Shown here piece after piece: positions 59,685-64,000 of a DNA stretch of 64,000 nt. Within the stretch, counting starts at the first letter, position 1. The number at the start of each line of letters is the position of its first letter. The translations under genes and the position numbers were made by a program. Below the pieces are notes generated by a model. The model saw only the letters and a program-made list of their open reading frames with translations. It was not told where the DNA came from and did not search any database. Origin of the DNA: the human T2T-CHM13v2.0 reference genome, Homo sapiens; assembly GCF_009914755.1 (NCBI RefSeq), contig NC_060932.1; one strand, 5' to 3'.

Positions 59685-60799
59685 CCCTCTGCTTTCTTTT
59701 AAGCTACTCGGAAACCCTTGTCTTCCAGCTCTCGGGCTATGACTCATAGAAACCCAGTATGGTCATAGGAAGATTTCACCAGGGCTGTCCTTTTAACAAG
59801 AGTCAAATGATCAATCATATTGAAAGTATCAATAAATATTGGGAGGTTATTTCTATAAATTATACTAAAAACTTGCCTGAGTAACTACTGGCTTTTGAAT
59901 TGCAGTTGTTAGCCTGTCATTCAAAGTTTCCTAAAAAGAGAGTATCAATATTTAATAATTTAGATAAGAGAACTTGTTGCTGAAACAAATAGTCTGTTTG
60001 TCCTTTTTTTCTCCACATAAAAGTATTTATGTGTTTCATTTAAAAGCTGCTTCTGTCCTACAGGAAAATAATAACTTAAGTGTTTGGGTTTTTCACATTC
60101 TCACTGACTTGTAGCAATTTTCTCAAGACTTTCGCTTGTCACCAAAGCCTTGCTCAGGGTGAATAAGGTGGGAAAGTCAATAGGTCAGCTGCAGGCTTTT
60201 CCGTATTTATTTTGCAGTCTCTGCCTATGTAGAACCGTACCAGCAACGTGGGGATTGATCACTATTTAACAGACTGCATTAGTCCTCAGATGTACAATTC
60301 TTCCTCCATGGAAGGTAATGAAAGGGATCAGGGAAAATATAACTGCAAAACCTTAGAGAATTAGTTTCTTCAATCAGGTGCTTCATTCTAGCTGTCAATA
60401 GACTTTTCACAGTCGTGCTCTGTAAAAGTAATTAGAAGCCAGAATAAATGTGATCATTACAGGAATGAACACACTTTACACAGAACGGTGCATTTTATGC
60501 AGAAAAACGCAAATCTTTAGTCAAGAAGGAACACATTCTCCCTTCAATTTATTTTTACTACTTGATCACTTTACAATCAATATACTTACTTAGCATGCTT
60601 CAAACCTAGTTTCTTTTTAATCATGAACTCATTTTAGTATGATGAAGTCTACATTCACAGTGAAGTAATTTGGACCGCCTGAATTGATGTCTACCTAAAC
60701 AATGCATTTAAAATATAAATGCTGAGACCAAGCTTGTGATTGTTGAATTATGGATGTTGGGAGCTGGAATTCTCTAAATATATTAATCTACGTGATTCG

Positions 60800-61030
60800 A
60801 ATTTGGTAGAGTAGAAAGAGTCCTAGATTTTGAGTCCAAAAATGGGTTTTGAATCCTGTTGTTTACTCGCTGTGCAAGGGAGTGAGTGATTATATCACCT
60901 CGTCTCTCAGGGACTTATCGGTGAAATGGGAATAATGATTTCTTTCTCACAATGATGGCTTGAGGATTAAAAGAGCAGCGTATGTGAAAACAGCTAGTAC
61001 AGTTCTAGCATTCCTGACTACTCAGAATGT
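60800..61030 (+). mobile_element. MIR
   Basis: GGGTTTTGAATCC, GTGAAATGGGAATAATGAT, TGAGGATTAAA. Confidence 0.65.
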
Positions 61031-62299
61031 TCAGTTGAAATCTGTGCTTTTGATAGCGAATCCATCTTCTCGTTGCAGAGCTAGAAATATGAAGCACATC
61101 TGTTTTAAATGAGATTGTAGCTACTAAAAATAGGATAACCCCTGTAAGAGCTATTAAAAATCACAGTAATGGGTCACCAGAGAGAATGATAGGGAGGACT
61201 ATGAAAAATACAAAAGTTACCTCTTCTGATCTGTAAGAAATGGAGTACACAAAGTGCTGGGTCCTATTAGAGCTTTGAAAAAGGCATTCAAGAGCAGCAG
61301 AAGAGCTACCCTTGAATTCAAGACTAGGGTTTTATTTCCTAGTATCAAAACCCAAGAGCGTATGGCAGAAGACAAATGTTTAGGATTTAAAAAGAATTAG
61401 ACGTTTATTCATCTATTTGCTCATCCATTTATTTGTTGAGCAAGAAAAAACTGTGGAGCACTGCTATGTGTCAAGCACTTTGCTACCCCAGCCTGGGAGA
61501 CCCCAGGATGCCTGCCTCATTGCTCTTAGAGTCTGATGTCTTGACAGTGGAGCCGCATTGGGAAGCCAGACAGCCGTAGTATGTAGCGTCAGTTCTTTTT
61601 AATAATGAAAATGAAAACAAGAAAATATAGTCCAAGGATTGGGTTTTAAGTGACCCAAAGGAGAGCATACATACTTTTCAAACTACAATGGAGAGGAAGA
61701 ATATATACTTGTCAGTTTGACAATTCTCTTGAGGTTTCAAAAATGTTCTTCTGGCTTAGGAAAATATCGATAAATAAATGGACAATTTTGATGATATAAC
61801 AATTAATAATATAATTACTATAAGACTAATCAGTATGCTCTAATATATATATATTTCAAGTATTACCATAATTCAAACAGAGTTGTTAACCAGCAGATGT
61901 GGTAGGAGCAATTGTTAAAATCCAGAGAAAGGGAAATGCAAGGCAATGGTTGTGAAAGAAGAATCATATCCCATTTAGAAGCCATAAGAGAATCTGTGAT
62001 TTCTTTTTGCTAATATTTGTTATCTCCATAATGCATTGATCACTTCCCAGAATATATTTAATTAGTGAACACTTCTTGAGCAAATACTTGGAAAGCACAG
62101 AGTATAAATAAATAAATCTAGTCTTTTAGGGGCATGGATATAATATCATTGGCACACATTAGGAATTCATGTAATTTTTAAAATAAGTATGTATTGAATG
62201 CTTACTGAGTCCTAGGAAGTATGCTAGGGTCTAGAAAAGCTACAGTCAATATAGACACCAGTACAGCCTGGTGGTGGTGGTGGTAATAGTAATGAAAAT

Positions 62300-62540
62300 T
62301 TTGAACGTTTATTGAGAATAAATGACACGCTATACTTCATACTAAGTATTAGGCATGAATTATTTCATACAATCCTGAAAACAACACTGTGTGTTGTATA
62401 TTATTATTAAATTCAATTTACAGAGGAGGAAACAGAGTTTGAGGAGCTTCAGTAACTTGCCCAAGGTCACACAGTTATTAGCAAAGCCAGGGTCCAACTC
62501 AGGAAATTCTCTCTCTTGCCCATGTTCTTAATCCCTACAC
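62300..62540 (-). mobile_element. MIR
   Basis: TTTACAGAGGAGGAAACAGAG...AGTAACTTGCCCAAGGTCACACAG core. Confidence 0.8.
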
Positions 62541-63497
62541 CTTCCAGATGAGTATGAAACAGTGGGGTAAGAGATACTGTGTGTGACTTCAACCAGGGCA
62601 TATGAGATCATACAAATATGGGAACTATAATAGTTGATGATTGCAGAAAACTACAAAATCATTTAAGTATGGAGTAGAAGTGAGGAAAACAGGGACCATA
62701 TTGTGAAGATCTTGTATTTCATGTGAAGAAATGGGAAGCCATTCCTGTGTTTGTATTTATATCTGCATTTTAAAAAGGTCACCTTCACTATGGAGGAAGA
62801 CCAATGGAAAGAGGCCAGACAGGAAAGGTTAGAGTGAGGTTGCACCAATCTAGGCAGGAGATGATATTAGTGCAGCTAGAGAGGAGATATTTGAGAGATA
62901 GTATAAAATATGAAATTAATAGGCATGAAATGTGCTGTAGTGAATACATTAACACACTGAACTGTACACATGCATTAATCTCTTGTAATGGATGAGTTTA
63001 ATTTGATAACTTGGAGGTTTATAACATTTCTTACTCTAGACATGAAATAAGTCATAAATCACGAAACAAAGATTTTTGGAAAGCAATAATTTTAATCCTG
63101 ACCACACCCACTCTGGCAAGGTTTTAAAAAATGGGAAGGTTGAGGCCACTGAAAAAAAAAATCATGGTACAGAAATTTGTAAGAAATTAAATAACTTCTA
63201 TGTCTCATTTCTTTTAACTTCTCTCTTATCAGGTTCAGTGAATTTCTAACACATCTGTTTCATGCAGATGCTTATTTTTTAATAGCTGAATAAAATGGGA
63301 CCACGAGAAAAGCAGAGGAAGAGGTAAAAAGCATTTGGAAACTGAGCAGAATCATTTACATTCTTCCGACATGTAGAAATGTATCTTTAGTTCAAAGATT
63401 GCTGAAACTAATCTGCCTCAGGCTTTCCAGGATGGGTGTTCAGATGTTGCTTTGGAGTGCATAAAATCACATGATCAGCAGTGTCTTGCATCTGTCA

Positions 63498-63814
<317 letters not shown>

Positions 63815-64000
63815 GAAGCTTCTGCTTATAAAAAGAGTGGTGTACAAATAGGAGGAGTAGCTGCTCTGTGCTATGTTCCAGCTTATTGCATTTACTTAGT
63901 TCTCTTGGGGTTGAAATAGATAGTCATTATTCCTTTCTAAAATTTGAATGCTGCCCAGGTAACTTCAGCTTAGTAAAGTATCATAGACAACCACATCTGA

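Overview
AT-rich primate (most likely human) genomic DNA lying entirely within one + strand gene. Four GT-AG exons (921-1064, 12034-12148, 46426-46492, 47039-47229) splice in frame. They encode a peptide I recognise as the C-terminal inositol polyphosphate 4-phosphatase-like (IP4P) region of PREX2, including the degenerate CX5R loop CSSGVHR. The rest is intron, densely filled with Alu, L1, L2, MIR, MaLR/ERVL LTRs and a decayed ~8.2 kb ERV1-type provirus (13045-21250, minus strand) that has a PPT, a tRNA-Ser-like PBS and an embedded tRNA-Glu relic. Apart from the two that overlap real exons, the ORF-track entries look like noise. I see no convincing new biological system. The most unusual signals are structural: a ~300 bp direct duplication bracketing the CX5R exon, a cluster of short templated duplications and fold-backs at 45-51 kb, two perfect inverted repeats at LTR edges, and an in-frame 258-nt two-exon module flanked by inverted Alu/MaLR pairs. 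Repeat subfamily names are by-eye calls from memory, not database hits.
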